From NCBI GenBank assembly GCA_965205595.1, contig CBDBHI010000080.1, forward strand, positions 46,990-110,989: a stretch of 64,000 nt of DNA, written 5' to 3'. Within the stretch, counting starts at the first letter, position 1. The number at the start of each line of letters is the position of its first letter. The notes beneath the pieces are model-generated. The model saw only the letters and a program-made list of their open reading frames with translations. It ran no database searches and was not told where the DNA came from. A program made the translations under genes and the position numbers. This stretch comes from Bryobacterales bacterium. Its GTDB lineage: Bacteria > Acidobacteriota > Terriglobia > Bryobacterales > UBA6623. Positions 26,635 through 37,258 of the stretch are shown piece after piece.

Positions 26635-28203
26635 TTAGTAAGTCTTTGGTCTGAGACGGCTATGGCCTTGCTGTTTGTATTTATCCAGTAAAGCTCTTAG
26701 TTTCTCGACAATTTCCGGGTGGTCGTTGTATAGATTGTTGTCCTCGTGGCGGTCAGCCTCGATTTGGTAGAGCTGGCCCGGAGGGTCGCCCGGCTTGCCG
26801 CCTTCCCAGTTGTCGATGCCGGATCCTTGGCCGTCGATAAACTTCCACTTTCCTTGGCGGATGGCAAACGTGCCGTTAACGGAATGATGCACCGTTGCCT
26901 CGCGTATTGGTCCGGTGTCCTCGCCCAGCAGCGCCGGGAGAATGCTGACGCTGTCTTCGGCGGCATTCGCCGGAATCTCGATTTCGGCGATCTCAGCCGC
27001 CGTGGCCATGATGTCTGTTAGGCAGACGGTTTGGTCGCTTGTCGTTCCAGCGGCGATCCGAGCCGGCCAACGGGCGATGAAGGGCTCGCGGTGGCCGCCT
27101 TCCCAGGCGTCGCGCTTTTTGCCGCGCTGGGAGGCGTGGTTGGCGTAGTGGCCGAATTCTTGAATATGGCGCGGGTCCCACTCCGCGCCGTTATCGCTTG
27201 AAAGGATAAACAGCGTGTTCTCGGCGATTCCCTTGCGCTCGAGCGCATCCATGACCTTGCCGACCATCGCGTCCACTTCGGTCACGAAATCGCCGTACTT
27301 GCCAGCTTCGCTGGTGCCGACAAATTCCTCGGTCGGCACCCACGGCCAGTGGGGCGCCGCGAGCGGAAAGTACAAGAAGAACGGCTTATCCGCATCGCGC
27401 ACCGCGCGGTCTTCGATGTATTGCACCGCATGCTCGGTGAGATTCGGCAGCACGTCGAAGAAATCAAAACCCTCGGCAGCCTCGCCCGGACGCCAGAATA
27501 CCTCCTCCTCGCTGCGCCCCGGCTCGTGAACCGTCGCCGGCTTCACGCACTTGTTGTTCTCCAGATACACGTACGGCGCCATGTCTAACGACGCAGGAAT
27601 GATGTAGGAATAAGCGAAGCCCTGCGTCGCCGGCCCGTCAGTCACAGGCTTCGTAAAGTCAATTTCCAGGCCCTCGGGTTTGGCGAACTCGGTCGCGCCC
27701 ATATGAGCGTTCGCCGTATCGCGCTCCTCCCACGTTTGAGGCTCGGAAATCGTCTGCCAGTTGAGCCCTAGATGCCATTTACCGACGACGCCGGTGTGAT
27801 AGCCGTTTTCACGCAGCATCTCCGCCACGGTCATGCGGTCGGGCTCGATTAAGGCCTTTGAATATCCAGAGAGCACGCCCCGCTTGAGCCGGCTGCGCCA
27901 AGCATAGCGGCCTGTGACCACGCCATAGCGGGTGGGCGTGCAGACAGCCGAGCCTGAGTGGGCGTCGGTAAAGCGCATGCCCTCGGCCGCGAGCCGGTCC
28001 ATATTGGGCGTAGGAATCTTCGAATCGGCGTTGTAGCAGCCGAGATCGCCGTAACCCATGTCGTCGGCCATCAGAAAGATAATATTTGGTTTTTGCGGCG
28101 GCTCCGGCTCGGGAGCAGGCGATCCGCAGCCGTATGCGGCTAGGCCCGCGCCGGCGGCGGTAAGCTGTTTGAGGAAGTTTCTGCGGTTCGTAGTGGCGGT
28201 CAT
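26635..28203 (-). CDS. Cys-type sulfatase (Tat signal, lipobox)
   Basis: NRRNFLKQL leader, AAYGC lipobox, MADDMGYGD, CTPTRYGVVTG signature. Confidence 0.9.
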   Translation of the reverse strand: MTATTNRRNFLKQLTAAGAGLAAYGCGSPAPEPEPPQKPNIIFLMADDMGYGDLGCYNADSKIPTPNMDRLAAEGMRFTDAHSGSAVCTPTRYGVVTGRYAWRSRLKRGVLSGYSKALIEPDRMTVAEMLRENGYHTGVVGKWHLGLNWQTISEPQTWEERDTANAHMGATEFAKPEGLEIDFTKPVTDGPATQGFAYSYIIPASLDMAPYVYLENNKCVKPATVHEPGRSEEEVFWRPGEAAEGFDFFDVLPNLTEHAVQYIEDRAVRDADKPFFLYFPLAAPHWPWVPTEEFVGTSEAGKYGDFVTEVDAMVGKVMDALERKGIAENTLFILSSDNGAEWDPRHIQEFGHYANHASQRGKKRDAWEGGHREPFIARWPARIAAGTTSDQTVCLTDIMATAAEIAEIEIPANAAEDSVSILPALLGEDTGPIREATVHHSVNGTFAIRQGKWKFIDGQGSGIDNWEGGKPGDPPGQLYQIEADRHEDNNLYNDHPEIVEKLRALLDKYKQQGHSRLRPKTY

Positions 28204-28329
28204 ATCGATGAGGGCGATTGTAGCCTACTCAGTATGTTCCGCCGATTTGGCCGCCTGCACACCCTACTCGGCGATTGGCTACACCTTATTATCATGTGTC
28301 GATTGACACGCGAAATCTCGGCTCTCGAC

Positions 28330-28358
28330 TTGACCGCGGGTATATAACCGCCTAGAAT
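28330..28358 (+). promoter_or_regulatory. putative sigma70-type promoter of the GWxTD operon
   Basis: TTGACC (28330-28335), a 17-nt spacer, then TAGAAT (28353-28358), about 100 nt upstream of ATG 28460. Confidence 0.4.
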
Positions 28359-28459
28359 CGAGACTGAGATACCAAGGACGAGTCTCGTTTGCTCGATGTT
28401 GGATATCGTAAGTGAAACTCTGGAGATTCAGAGTGCGTATTAGGAGCCAGAGGGGTCGC

Positions 28460-30118
28460 ATGGGTCGAAATAAGATGGTTCGTCTAGCACTGCGGTGCCT
28501 TGCCGTGTTCACCTTTCTAGCGATGCTCGCGCCACTGGGCGCACAGCAACCTCCTAAGGCACTCTCGGCTAAGGAAGAGAAAAAACGGCTGAACCGGCTG
28601 CGCAAGGAGTTGCGTGGGCCGTTTAAGCGCTGGCTAGACGAAGACGTCAAGTACATCATTTCGGGCGAAGAGCGCAAAGCGTTCGTTCAAATGAGCACAG
28701 ACGACGAGCGCGAGAACTTCATTGAACAGTTCTGGCTGCGCCGCGACCCGACTCCCGACTCGATGGAAAACGAGTATAAGGAAGAGCACTATCGCCGGAT
28801 CGCCTATGCGAACGAGCGTTATGCCTCGGGCATCCAAGGGTGGAAGGCCGACCGTGGCCGCATTTACATCGCCTACGGACCGCCGGACGAAATCGAGTCG
28901 CACCCCTCTGGAGGCCAATACCAACGGCCCTATGACGAAGGTGGTGGATTTACATCGACGTACCCGTTTGAGATCTGGCGATACCGCTGGATCGAGGGCA
29001 TTGGCAGCGACATTTTGCTCGAGTTCGTCGACCCGACGATGACGGGCGAATATCGCCTAACAATGGATCCGTCCGAAAAAGACGCCTTGTTGAACGTACC
29101 GGGTGCGGGTCTGACGCTGTCGGAAGAAATGGGTCTGACAACAAAGGCTGACCGCTTCCGACGGACGGACGGCACTCGCATGGGATCGCCAATCGGTGGT
29201 GCACAGTCGATGCGCTACAACCAGTTCGAGCGGCTGCAACTCTATGCGAACATCTTCAAGCCACCGGCCGTCAAGTTCAAAGATCTTGAAGCCATTGTCG
29301 ATTCGTCAATTGAGTACAACACGCTGCCGTTTGAGGTCGACATCCACTATGTGCGCGTGACAAACAGTTCGGTTCTGACGGGCGTCACCGTGATGCTAAA
29401 GAACAAGGACCTGGTCTTCAAGGAAGAGGACGGTCTCCACAAAGCGGCCGCGAATATTTTTGGCCGACTGACTACGGTTACGCGCCGCGTTCACACAACG
29501 TTTGAAGACACCGTAAGCATTCAGACGACCGCCGAGCGCCTGCAAAAAGAGTCTGATCGCGCGTCAATCTACAACAAGTCCGAGGTGTTGCTGCCGGGAA
29601 TGTACCGCCTGGAGTTGGTCGTGAAAGACCTCGTTGGCGAAACCATGGGAACGTATCGCACGGCGTTACGGGTGCCTGCGTATGACGATGAGACGCTTGC
29701 CTCGAGTTCGCTCATATTGGCGGACAAGATCGAGCGCGTCCCCGTGCGGTCGCTCGGCACCGGCCAATTCGTGATCGGTAGCGCGAAGGTTCGGCCGCGG
29801 CTCGGTGACGAGTTCAAGCGCAATGAAAAGATGGGCATCTACATGCAGGTCTACAACTTAGGTCAGCACGAAGAAACTCAAAAGCCGGAAGGCAAAATAA
29901 CCTATCAAATCGCCCGCATGGACAACCCCGATGAGTTACTGCTCGACTTCAGCGAAGACGTCAGCACGATTCGCGGTGCCTCCGCGCGTCAGGTTGTAAT
30001 CGAAAAGGTGCTGCCACTTAGCAGCCTGGAACCGGGCGACTATCGCCTCAGCCTTCAGGTTGACGACAGCATCAAGAACGAATCGCTGAACCCTACCGCA
30101 ACGTTTAAAGTGCTGTAG
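28460..30118 (+). CDS. GWxTD domain-containing protein
   Basis: GWKADRGRIYIAYGPPDEIE (GWxTD motif). Signal peptide MGRNKMVRLALRCLAVFTFLAMLAPLGA. The track start 28412 is probably too long. Confidence 0.8.
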   Translation: MGRNKMVRLALRCLAVFTFLAMLAPLGAQQPPKALSAKEEKKRLNRLRKELRGPFKRWLDEDVKYIISGEERKAFVQMSTDDERENFIEQFWLRRDPTPDSMENEYKEEHYRRIAYANERYASGIQGWKADRGRIYIAYGPPDEIESHPSGGQYQRPYDEGGGFTSTYPFEIWRYRWIEGIGSDILLEFVDPTMTGEYRLTMDPSEKDALLNVPGAGLTLSEEMGLTTKADRFRRTDGTRMGSPIGGAQSMRYNQFERLQLYANIFKPPAVKFKDLEAIVDSSIEYNTLPFEVDIHYVRVTNSSVLTGVTVMLKNKDLVFKEEDGLHKAAANIFGRLTTVTRRVHTTFEDTVSIQTTAERLQKESDRASIYNKSEVLLPGMYRLELVVKDLVGETMGTYRTALRVPAYDDETLASSSLILADKIERVPVRSLGTGQFVIGSAKVRPRLGDEFKRNEKMGIYMQVYNLGQHEETQKPEGKITYQIARMDNPDELLLDFSEDVSTIRGASARQVVIEKVLPLSSLEPGDYRLSLQVDDSIKNESLNPTATFKVL

Positions 30119-30138
30119 TATCATCCACCATTAGGCAA

Positions 30139-31965
30139 ATGCAAGCATCGAAACAACACGACGCGGTGGCCTTAGATAGGTGTTCACCGGCATTGTTGTT
30201 TATAGGCTTGGCCTTCATCTTGGCCGCGGCACCGGCGCGGGCGCAGATGAATGGCAGCCTCGGCGGACTGGTAAGAAACGACGCAGGCGTTCCGCAAATG
30301 GGGGCGCTGGTCACATTGCTGACCGCCGACGGCGGTGAGGCGCGCAAAGCTTATAGCCATCTCGATGGCTCATTTGAGTTCGCCAAACTGAGCCCCGGAA
30401 GCTACGGCATCAGGGTTGCTCTTTCTCAGTTTTCTCCCGCCACGAGCACCGGCCTTGCCGTCAAAGCCGGCAACCGCACATATCTCGATGTCAACCTGCG
30501 AGGGTTGTTTGCCAGCTTACGGCTCAACTATGCCGCCGGCAGCGAAATTAGCGACATGACCAATCGCTGGAAGTGGATTTTGCGGGCGAACTATTCGCGA
30601 CGCAACGTCCTCCGTTTTTCGCCGGTTGACACTGGGCAGGACGAACGTGATCGGGTGATGCGGCGTTTGAGCGGAACTTTCACAGACACCCATGCCTTTG
30701 CGCGAGTGAGCACCGGTATGGGCGTTCGGCCCTCAGGATTGACAAACCAGTCTGACCTTGGCAGCGCTTTTGCCGTCGCCACATCGCTATTCGGAAACAA
30801 TGATGTGACGGTCAGCGGCAACATGGGCGCGGCCAGTCCGACACTGGCAAATTCGACGACGGCATTCCGTACAACTTATACCCGTGACCTCGGAATGGCG
30901 ACCCCGGAAGTTGCCCTAACCGTTCGTCAGTTGCAGGCATCTTCGGCGGCCTCAAATGGGATTTTCGGTTTCGGCCAAAGCGGGCAGGCGACGCCCCGGC
31001 TCGAGACAATTTCGCTCGAGCTCGGCGACAGCGTAGAAATCGGCGAGGCAACGCGAGTTGAATACGGTGTGCTCTACGAAGCGGTTCGATTCGTCAATCG
31101 ACTTGAATTTATTAGCCCCTACGCGAAGGTCGTTCACAAAATTTCACCTGAGCGTGAAGTCGAGTTGAGCTACTCGTCCGGTGTTCCACCGACTGCAATC
31201 TCATCGCCCGCCGCCGGCCAGGCTCTTCAAGGCCAAGTCGACAGTCTCGGGATGTTCCCGCGAGTCGCAATGGTTGGCGGACGTCCGACCGTGCAGCGAG
31301 CCCACCATATGGAGGTCGCTTTCCGACAACGCTTCGGCAAGAACATGGTTGAGGCCGCGGTCTTCCAAGATTCGATCAACGATGTCGCGGTCGCCGCGAA
31401 CGTGCCTGACGGCATGTTTACCGATGGCAACCTCGTCCCCGACTTGTTTTCACGCACGGCGACGCTCAATGGCGGCACGTTTCGGGCTCCAGGTGTGCGG
31501 GTTTCTTACGCTAGGAAATTGCGCGACCGGCTGCAAGCAGCGCTTGGCTACGGACTGACCGGCGTTCTCACGCCGACCGCAGACCAACTGCAAACAAACT
31601 CGGCCGATGAGTTGCGAGGAGTACTCGCGTCGAAGGGCGCGCACATGATGCTTGCATCGGTTTCGGCCGAACTACCGCGTGCGGACACAAAAGTCACGGG
31701 ATCGTATCAGTGGGTTAGCCGGCAATCGGTGATCTCGGCTGACCTCTACAACGACTTTGCCGCGCAGTCGGATCCAGGATTAAACGTTCGTATCCGTCAG
31801 CCCCTGCCGTTTAGCGGCAGCTTGCCGGGCAAATTTGAAGCCGGCGCGGATTTTCGCAATCTACTCAAATCCGGCTACCTCCCGCTACAGGCGGCCGACG
31901 GTCGGATGATCTACTTATTGCAAGCTATTCGCAGCTACCGTGGGGCGCTCAGCTTCATCTTTTGA
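30139..31965 (+). CDS. CarboxypepD_reg-domain outer-membrane beta-barrel protein
   Basis: Signal peptide, GSLGGLVRNDAGVPQMGALVTLL...DGSFEFAKLSPGSYGIRV (carboxypeptidase regulatory-like domain) and a C-terminal ...ALSFIF beta-signal ending in Phe. Confidence 0.7.
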   Translation: MQASKQHDAVALDRCSPALLFIGLAFILAAAPARAQMNGSLGGLVRNDAGVPQMGALVTLLTADGGEARKAYSHLDGSFEFAKLSPGSYGIRVALSQFSPATSTGLAVKAGNRTYLDVNLRGLFASLRLNYAAGSEISDMTNRWKWILRANYSRRNVLRFSPVDTGQDERDRVMRRLSGTFTDTHAFARVSTGMGVRPSGLTNQSDLGSAFAVATSLFGNNDVTVSGNMGAASPTLANSTTAFRTTYTRDLGMATPEVALTVRQLQASSAASNGIFGFGQSGQATPRLETISLELGDSVEIGEATRVEYGVLYEAVRFVNRLEFISPYAKVVHKISPEREVELSYSSGVPPTAISSPAAGQALQGQVDSLGMFPRVAMVGGRPTVQRAHHMEVAFRQRFGKNMVEAAVFQDSINDVAVAANVPDGMFTDGNLVPDLFSRTATLNGGTFRAPGVRVSYARKLRDRLQAALGYGLTGVLTPTADQLQTNSADELRGVLASKGAHMMLASVSAELPRADTKVTGSYQWVSRQSVISADLYNDFAAQSDPGLNVRIRQPLPFSGSLPGKFEAGADFRNLLKSGYLPLQAADGRMIYLLQAIRSYRGALSFIF

Positions 31966-31999
31966 CCGAGCGCTTTTGCATTGGGAGCCGGGAGAATCC

Positions 32000-32374
32000 A
32001 TGAACCGTCGTGAACTTGTGTGCGCCCTCGGCGTGACCGCATTAGTACTGCCCGCGACCCTACTTGCTAAGGAATGGACTACGCTGCGCGTGGTCGTGCA
32101 AGACGACAAAGGTCGGCCCGTTCCTCGAGCCGCGGTAATCATTCGCGAACTGAAGGGCAAGAAGCTCAAGAAAATCGGGACAACGTTTGAGCTCAAGACC
32201 AGCCTCGAGGGCAGTGCCCCGGTCCCTCCGCTGCCGCGCGGGGACATTCTGGTCCAAGTGATCACCAAGGGATATAAGACTCACGGTTCACAGGTCCAAC
32301 TATCCGAACTGGAGCAGACCCTCACAATCAAGCTGGAACTCCCACAGGAACAACACTCGGTTCACAAGAAATAA
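32000..32374 (+). CDS. small secreted prealbumin/CarboxypepD_reg-like protein
   Basis: GGGAGAA RBS before ATG 32000, signal-like N-terminus and a LRVVVQDDKGRPVPRAAV beta-sandwich-like segment. Confidence 0.5.
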   Translation: MNRRELVCALGVTALVLPATLLAKEWTTLRVVVQDDKGRPVPRAAVIIRELKGKKLKKIGTTFELKTSLEGSAPVPPLPRGDILVQVITKGYKTHGSQVQLSELEQTLTIKLELPQEQHSVHKK

Positions 32375-32453
32375 TTTCGCCTTGAGGCGGCGCGCGTCCC
32401 CGGGATCGGGAGGATGGGTATCGGAGTCGAAGGCAAGAAAAGCAGGAATTTGC

Positions 32454-33059
32454 ATGCGTCTATTTGTAGCACTAGAACTTAACTCGAAGGTGATCGCGAA
32501 TCTCACTGAATTGGTGCGCCGGCTTTCGCCGATTTCGCCGGTCCACTGGGTTCACCCGCAGAATATGCATGTCACGCTGAAATACGTCGGCGAGTGGCAT
32601 GAAAACCGGCTTGAGCAAATGCTTCGCGCTCTCGACGAAGTGAAGATTAAAGTTCCAGTGAGCGTTCCTCTCGCAGGTCTTGGGTTCATTCCAGCCGGGC
32701 CGAATCCGCGCATATTTTGGGTGGGAGCAGAGAATACACCGCCACTGCGTCAGTTGGCCAGTGCGGTTGACGCAACGCTCTCGCCGTTAGGGATTGCGCC
32801 CGAGGTCCGCCCGCTTGAACCGCATCTCACCTTAGGTCGGATGAAAGAAAGTCAGGATCTCACTGAGATGCATGAGGCGATTGAAGAATTGCCCAGCCGC
32901 GATTTTGGCACGATTACGCCGGATCGGTTCGTGCTATTTGAAAGCACGGTGACTCCGAGCGGCGGGATTTACCGCAAGGTCCAGGAGTTTTCGTTCCTCA
33001 GCGGCCCAGTGGCCGATGTCGAACGCCGACCAGGATCGCGCCAGTTCGCATTGGGCTAG
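32454..33059 (+). CDS. thpR: RNA 2',3'-cyclic phosphodiesterase (2H phosphoesterase)
   Basis: Two HxT motifs (HVTLKY and HLTLGR) and the MRLFVALEL N-terminus at ATG 32454. Confidence 0.8.
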   Translation: MRLFVALELNSKVIANLTELVRRLSPISPVHWVHPQNMHVTLKYVGEWHENRLEQMLRALDEVKIKVPVSVPLAGLGFIPAGPNPRIFWVGAENTPPLRQLASAVDATLSPLGIAPEVRPLEPHLTLGRMKESQDLTEMHEAIEELPSRDFGTITPDRFVLFESTVTPSGGIYRKVQEFSFLSGPVADVERRPGSRQFALG

Positions 33060-33367
33060 TGGGCCGAGCAAAAGCAATTTGAGTCGGGTTAGGCGCGGTT
33101 CTACTGGCGATTAGGGCCGTCGACTTGCGTAAGATGTCCGGGACCGAACTAGTTTTCGGTGGACATCGGTGGGCTTAAGCCAGAGACCCTGGACCGTCGC
33201 CAGCCCTTTCCCCTCGCGGCACCAAAGAAATTCCGGCCCATTAGGTAGCTCAGGTCAAGAAGTTTTCTCCGAAACTTCCGAATATTGGGTCTTCCCCAGG
33301 AGCCAGGTACTGCCGGCTTGGCCCCGCGAACTCGACGTAGCAGGGTGCCGGCCTTGCGCGTAACTCG

Positions 33368-34192
33368 CTACCACCCGCTGTCCCAGTTCGATGTAAGCCG
33401 GTGAAGTTGCACAAGGCGCCGTAGGAGAGCCGGCAGAAGTTCCAGCCGTAACGCGTTGGCTCCGTCTGACTTTGCGGCTTCAGGCTTGTCGTGAACTTCG
33501 AAAAACACCCCGTTGACGCCGGCTGCGACGCCGGCCCTCGCCAGAGTCTCGATGAACTCAGGCTGCCCTCCGCTCGCGCCACCCTGTGCACCGGGTAGCT
33601 GTAGGCTATGCGTTACATCGAGGACGGTTGGGTAGCCTAGTTTGCACATGATCGCTAGTGCTCGGAAGTCGACTACGAGATTCTGGTATCCGAAACTACT
33701 GCCACGTTCCGTGAGGAGAATCTTATCGTTGCCCGTGGAGGCCACTTTGTCGGCGGCGTATCGCATATCCCACGGCGCGAGGAATTGACCTTTCTTGATA
33801 TTGACCACTCGTCCGCTGCTACCGGCCGCAACAAGCAGGTCGGTCTGGCGACATAGAAATGCCGGAATCTGGACGACATCGCAGACTGCCGCTACTTGCT
33901 CGACCTGATCCGGCTGGTGAACGTCAGTGAGAACCGGCAGCCCGGTCTCGCGCTTGACCTCAGTCAACACCCGCAGGCCTTCTTTGAGGCCTGGGCCTCG
34001 GAACGATTCGACACTTGTCCGGTTCGCCTTGTCGAATGAAGCCTTAAATACCGCGGGCAACCCCGCAACCCGTGCAGCTTCGGCTACCGCCCTGCCGATC
34101 TTGATTGCATGCTCGTGCGATTCGATCACGCAGGGACCGGCTATGAGAAATAGATCGCCCGAACTCAACACTTCCCAGACAGAATTTGCCAT
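33368..34192 (-). CDS. kdsA: 3-deoxy-8-phosphooctulonate synthase
   Basis: LIAGPCVIES, FKASFDKANRTS and QIPAFLCRQTDL motifs. Confidence 0.9.
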   Translation of the reverse strand: MANSVWEVLSSGDLFLIAGPCVIESHEHAIKIGRAVAEAARVAGLPAVFKASFDKANRTSVESFRGPGLKEGLRVLTEVKRETGLPVLTDVHQPDQVEQVAAVCDVVQIPAFLCRQTDLLVAAGSSGRVVNIKKGQFLAPWDMRYAADKVASTGNDKILLTERGSSFGYQNLVVDFRALAIMCKLGYPTVLDVTHSLQLPGAQGGASGGQPEFIETLARAGVAAGVNGVFFEVHDKPEAAKSDGANALRLELLPALLRRLVQLHRLTSNWDSGW

Positions 34193-34435
34193 GCCTTCGT
34201 TTATCGCACGTCAGCGACGGCGGCTTTACACCTCTGACGGCATTGCCGAGCCGTTTGGCCGGCCCCGACCAGTGGCCGACGCTTCCCGCCGGAGGTGCGC
34301 GCCCCGATTTCGAGGCGAGGGCGCGCGTCGAGGATTGAGCGGATCGCTTGACCCCCTCGGCCAGCGGTGGTCAGATGAAAGGAGTTCTCGGGGCGATCGT
34401 ATGCGCCGCGCGGCAGGACGAAAGGACTCGTCACT

Positions 34436-37237
34436 ATGAGCGATCAAACGGGGTGGCCCAGCGACGCCAATCTGGCGTTCGCGGAGAGTTTGCACGCCGA
34501 CTACCTGCGCGACCCGGGCTCGGTGACCGCCGAATGGCGAGCATACTTCGAGCAATTTCCAGGCGGCCCTGAAAGTTTCAACGGCGTGCTCCCCGGCGTT
34601 GAGGGCCATGAGAGCGTTGGGCTGACGTCCACTAAACAGGACCCGGTGTTTACTCACCCTGAGACTGATGCGGCACTGCAAGACCGCATCGATAAGCTCG
34701 TACGTGCCTATCGCGTCCGCGGACACATGATCGCCGATCTCGACCCGCTCGGGATTCCGCGCCCTTCTCCACCAGAGTTGGAACCTGGGTATTTCGGGCT
34801 AACTCAAGCGGACATGAGCCGCACAGTGTCGGCGAATTCGCTGACCGGTTGGGCGGCACCGAATGTCGCCGCGATAATCGAGCGCCTGAGAGAAACCTAC
34901 TGCCGTTCGATCGGCGTGCAGTTCATGCACATTGACGACATGGCGGTTCGCGAGTGGTTGCAGGAACGAACAGAGGGTTCCGCCAACCATCTGCAACTGA
35001 GCCGCAAGCGACAATTGCGAATTTTCACGAGGCTGATTGATGCCTCGATGTTTGAAGAGTTTATCCAGAAAAAATACGTGGGCGCGAAGAGCTTTTCGCT
35101 CGAAGGTTGCGAAAGCCTGATTCCGTTACTTGACCTTGCGATCGAACGCGCCGGTGACAGCGGGGTCGATCAAGTCGTGCTCGGGATGGCGCACCGCGGC
35201 CGGCTTAATGTACTTGTCAATATTTTGGGCAAGAGCGCCCAGGAAATTTTTAGGGAATTTGACGACGCCAACCCCGACAAGTATCGAGGGCGCGGCGATG
35301 TGAAATATCACCTCGGCTACCGTAGCGATTGGACCACGGCGAAAGGCAACAAGGTCCACCTCGCGCTGTGCTTCAACCCTAGCCACCTCGAATTCGTCAA
35401 CCCAGTCGCCATGGGTCGCATGCGGGCTAAGCAAGACCGCTATTACGCGGGCCGCCGAGAGCAAGGGCTGGTGATGCTAATTCACGGCGACGCGGCATTC
35501 GCCGGCGAGGGCATTATTCAGGAGACGCTCAATTTGAGCGAACTGCCAGGGTATACCGTCGGAGGGACCGTTCACATCGTCCTGAACAATCAGATCGGCT
35601 TCACGACGCGTCCCGAGCAGGGCCGGTCAACGATTTATGCGTCAGGGATCGCGAAGATGCTGCAGATCCCGATTTTCCACGTCAACGGCGAAGACCCGGA
35701 ATCGGTCGCGCAAGTGGTTCGTCTGGCGATCGATTTTCGCAACACCTTCCACCAGGACGTTGTTATCGACATGTATGGCTACCGCCGCCATGGCCACAAC
35801 GAGAGTGACGAGCCGAGTTTTACGCAGCCGCTTATGGTGCGGGCGATTGCGCAGCGGAAGTCCGTTCGTGAGGGTTATCTCGAACACCTGCTGGCTCAGG
35901 GCGGGGTGACCGAGGAAGAGGCCGACCGGATTGCGTCCGAGCGGCGTGGACACCTTGAGCAAGAGCTCACGGCGGCTCGCAGCGAGGACTACGTGGAGTC
36001 AGGCGGACGCCGTGGCAGCCACTGGAGCGGTTATCAGGGCGGGTCGGACGAAAGCGTCCCCGACGTCGACAGTGGGGTCGACAACAAGCGCTTGCGTGCG
36101 TTGCTCATGAAGCTCGCGGCAATACCAAAGGACTTCAATGTTGATCGCCGCATCGAAAAACTTCTCAAAATGCGCGAGGAAATGGCGCACGGTGAACGCC
36201 AACTTGATTGGTCCGCCGGCGAAGCGTTGGCCTACGCCTCAATATTGACTGAGGGGCTCAAAGTGCGCATGACGGGACAGGACTGCGAGCGCGGAACGTT
36301 TAGTCATCGGCACGCTGTTCTGCGCGATACACAGTCGGGAGAGGCCTACGTGCCGCTCAAGAACCTGTCGTCACGCCAGGCGGATTTCGAGGTTCACAAT
36401 AGCCCACTTTCCGAAGCCGGCGTACTCGGCTTTGAATGGGGATACAGCCTTGACTGGCCCGACGGCCTAGTCATCTGGGAAGCTCAGTTTGGCGACTTCG
36501 CGAACACCGCGCAGGTCATCATTGATCAATTCATCGCAAGCGGTGAAGACAAGTGGGGGCGGCTGAGCGGTCTGGTGATGCTACTGCCGCACGGATTCGA
36601 AGGTCAGGGGCCGGAGCATTCCAGCGCTCGCTTGGAACGATTTTTACAGCTTGCGGCCGAAGACAACATGCAAGTTGTCAACCCGACGACCCCCGCTCAA
36701 ATTTTCCATGCTCTGCGCCGACAGCTGGTGCGCCCCTGGCGTAAGCCGCTGGTAGTGATGAGCCCCAAGAGTTTGTTGCGGCATCCGAAGGTGAAATCAG
36801 GATTGGACGAGCTCAGCTCGGGAACGTTCCAACGCATCATCGTCGACCAGGTTGAAGACTCGTCCGCCGTCAAGAAACTGCTGATTTGCTCGGGCAAGCT
36901 TTATTACGAGTTACTTGCCGCGCGGACTGAAGGCGCTTTCGAAGACGTTGCGCTGGTGAGATTTGAACAACTCTATCCGCTCAGCGATAAGACGGTCATC
37001 GACGCGCTTAAGCCGTTTGCGGCTGGTGTTCCCGCAGTGTGGGTTCAAGAGGAACCCGAAAACATGGGTGCTTGGACATACTTGCGGGCACGCTTTCTCG
37101 ACAGGTTGCCGGACGGTCGACCGTTCTCGGGGATTTTTCGCCACGCCTCGGCAAGTCCGGCAACAGGCTCGACGGGAAGTCACAAGATGGAGCAGCAACG
37201 ATTGCTCGACGCCGCGTTCGGCGCAGCTAAGATTTAG
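34436..37237 (+). CDS. sucA: 2-oxoglutarate dehydrogenase E1 component
   Basis: 933 aa with the YRVRGH motif, ThDP-binding region (HGDAAFAGEG) and GHNESDEP. Confidence 0.95.
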   Translation: MSDQTGWPSDANLAFAESLHADYLRDPGSVTAEWRAYFEQFPGGPESFNGVLPGVEGHESVGLTSTKQDPVFTHPETDAALQDRIDKLVRAYRVRGHMIADLDPLGIPRPSPPELEPGYFGLTQADMSRTVSANSLTGWAAPNVAAIIERLRETYCRSIGVQFMHIDDMAVREWLQERTEGSANHLQLSRKRQLRIFTRLIDASMFEEFIQKKYVGAKSFSLEGCESLIPLLDLAIERAGDSGVDQVVLGMAHRGRLNVLVNILGKSAQEIFREFDDANPDKYRGRGDVKYHLGYRSDWTTAKGNKVHLALCFNPSHLEFVNPVAMGRMRAKQDRYYAGRREQGLVMLIHGDAAFAGEGIIQETLNLSELPGYTVGGTVHIVLNNQIGFTTRPEQGRSTIYASGIAKMLQIPIFHVNGEDPESVAQVVRLAIDFRNTFHQDVVIDMYGYRRHGHNESDEPSFTQPLMVRAIAQRKSVREGYLEHLLAQGGVTEEEADRIASERRGHLEQELTAARSEDYVESGGRRGSHWSGYQGGSDESVPDVDSGVDNKRLRALLMKLAAIPKDFNVDRRIEKLLKMREEMAHGERQLDWSAGEALAYASILTEGLKVRMTGQDCERGTFSHRHAVLRDTQSGEAYVPLKNLSSRQADFEVHNSPLSEAGVLGFEWGYSLDWPDGLVIWEAQFGDFANTAQVIIDQFIASGEDKWGRLSGLVMLLPHGFEGQGPEHSSARLERFLQLAAEDNMQVVNPTTPAQIFHALRRQLVRPWRKPLVVMSPKSLLRHPKVKSGLDELSSGTFQRIIVDQVEDSSAVKKLLICSGKLYYELLAARTEGAFEDVALVRFEQLYPLSDKTVIDALKPFAAGVPAVWVQEEPENMGAWTYLRARFLDRLPDGRPFSGIFRHASASPATGSTGSHKMEQQRLLDAAFGAAKI

Positions 37238-37258
37238 CGATTTACCAAAGGAAATTCG

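Noticed and set aside
33060-33367. 308-bp convergent spacer between thpR and kdsA, checked for tRNA, SRP RNA or sRNA
   Set aside because: It has no cloverleaf and no SRP GGAAGCAGCC-type motif. The only structure is a short 7-bp hairpin (33259-33278, GAAGTTT/AAACTTC) without a T-run. The overlapping ORF 33250-33591 runs into kdsA.
34226-34726. 166-aa minus-strand ORF across the kdsA-sucA spacer and the sucA 5' end
   Set aside because: It overlaps the strongly supported sucA N-terminus and has no recognisable domain or RBS.
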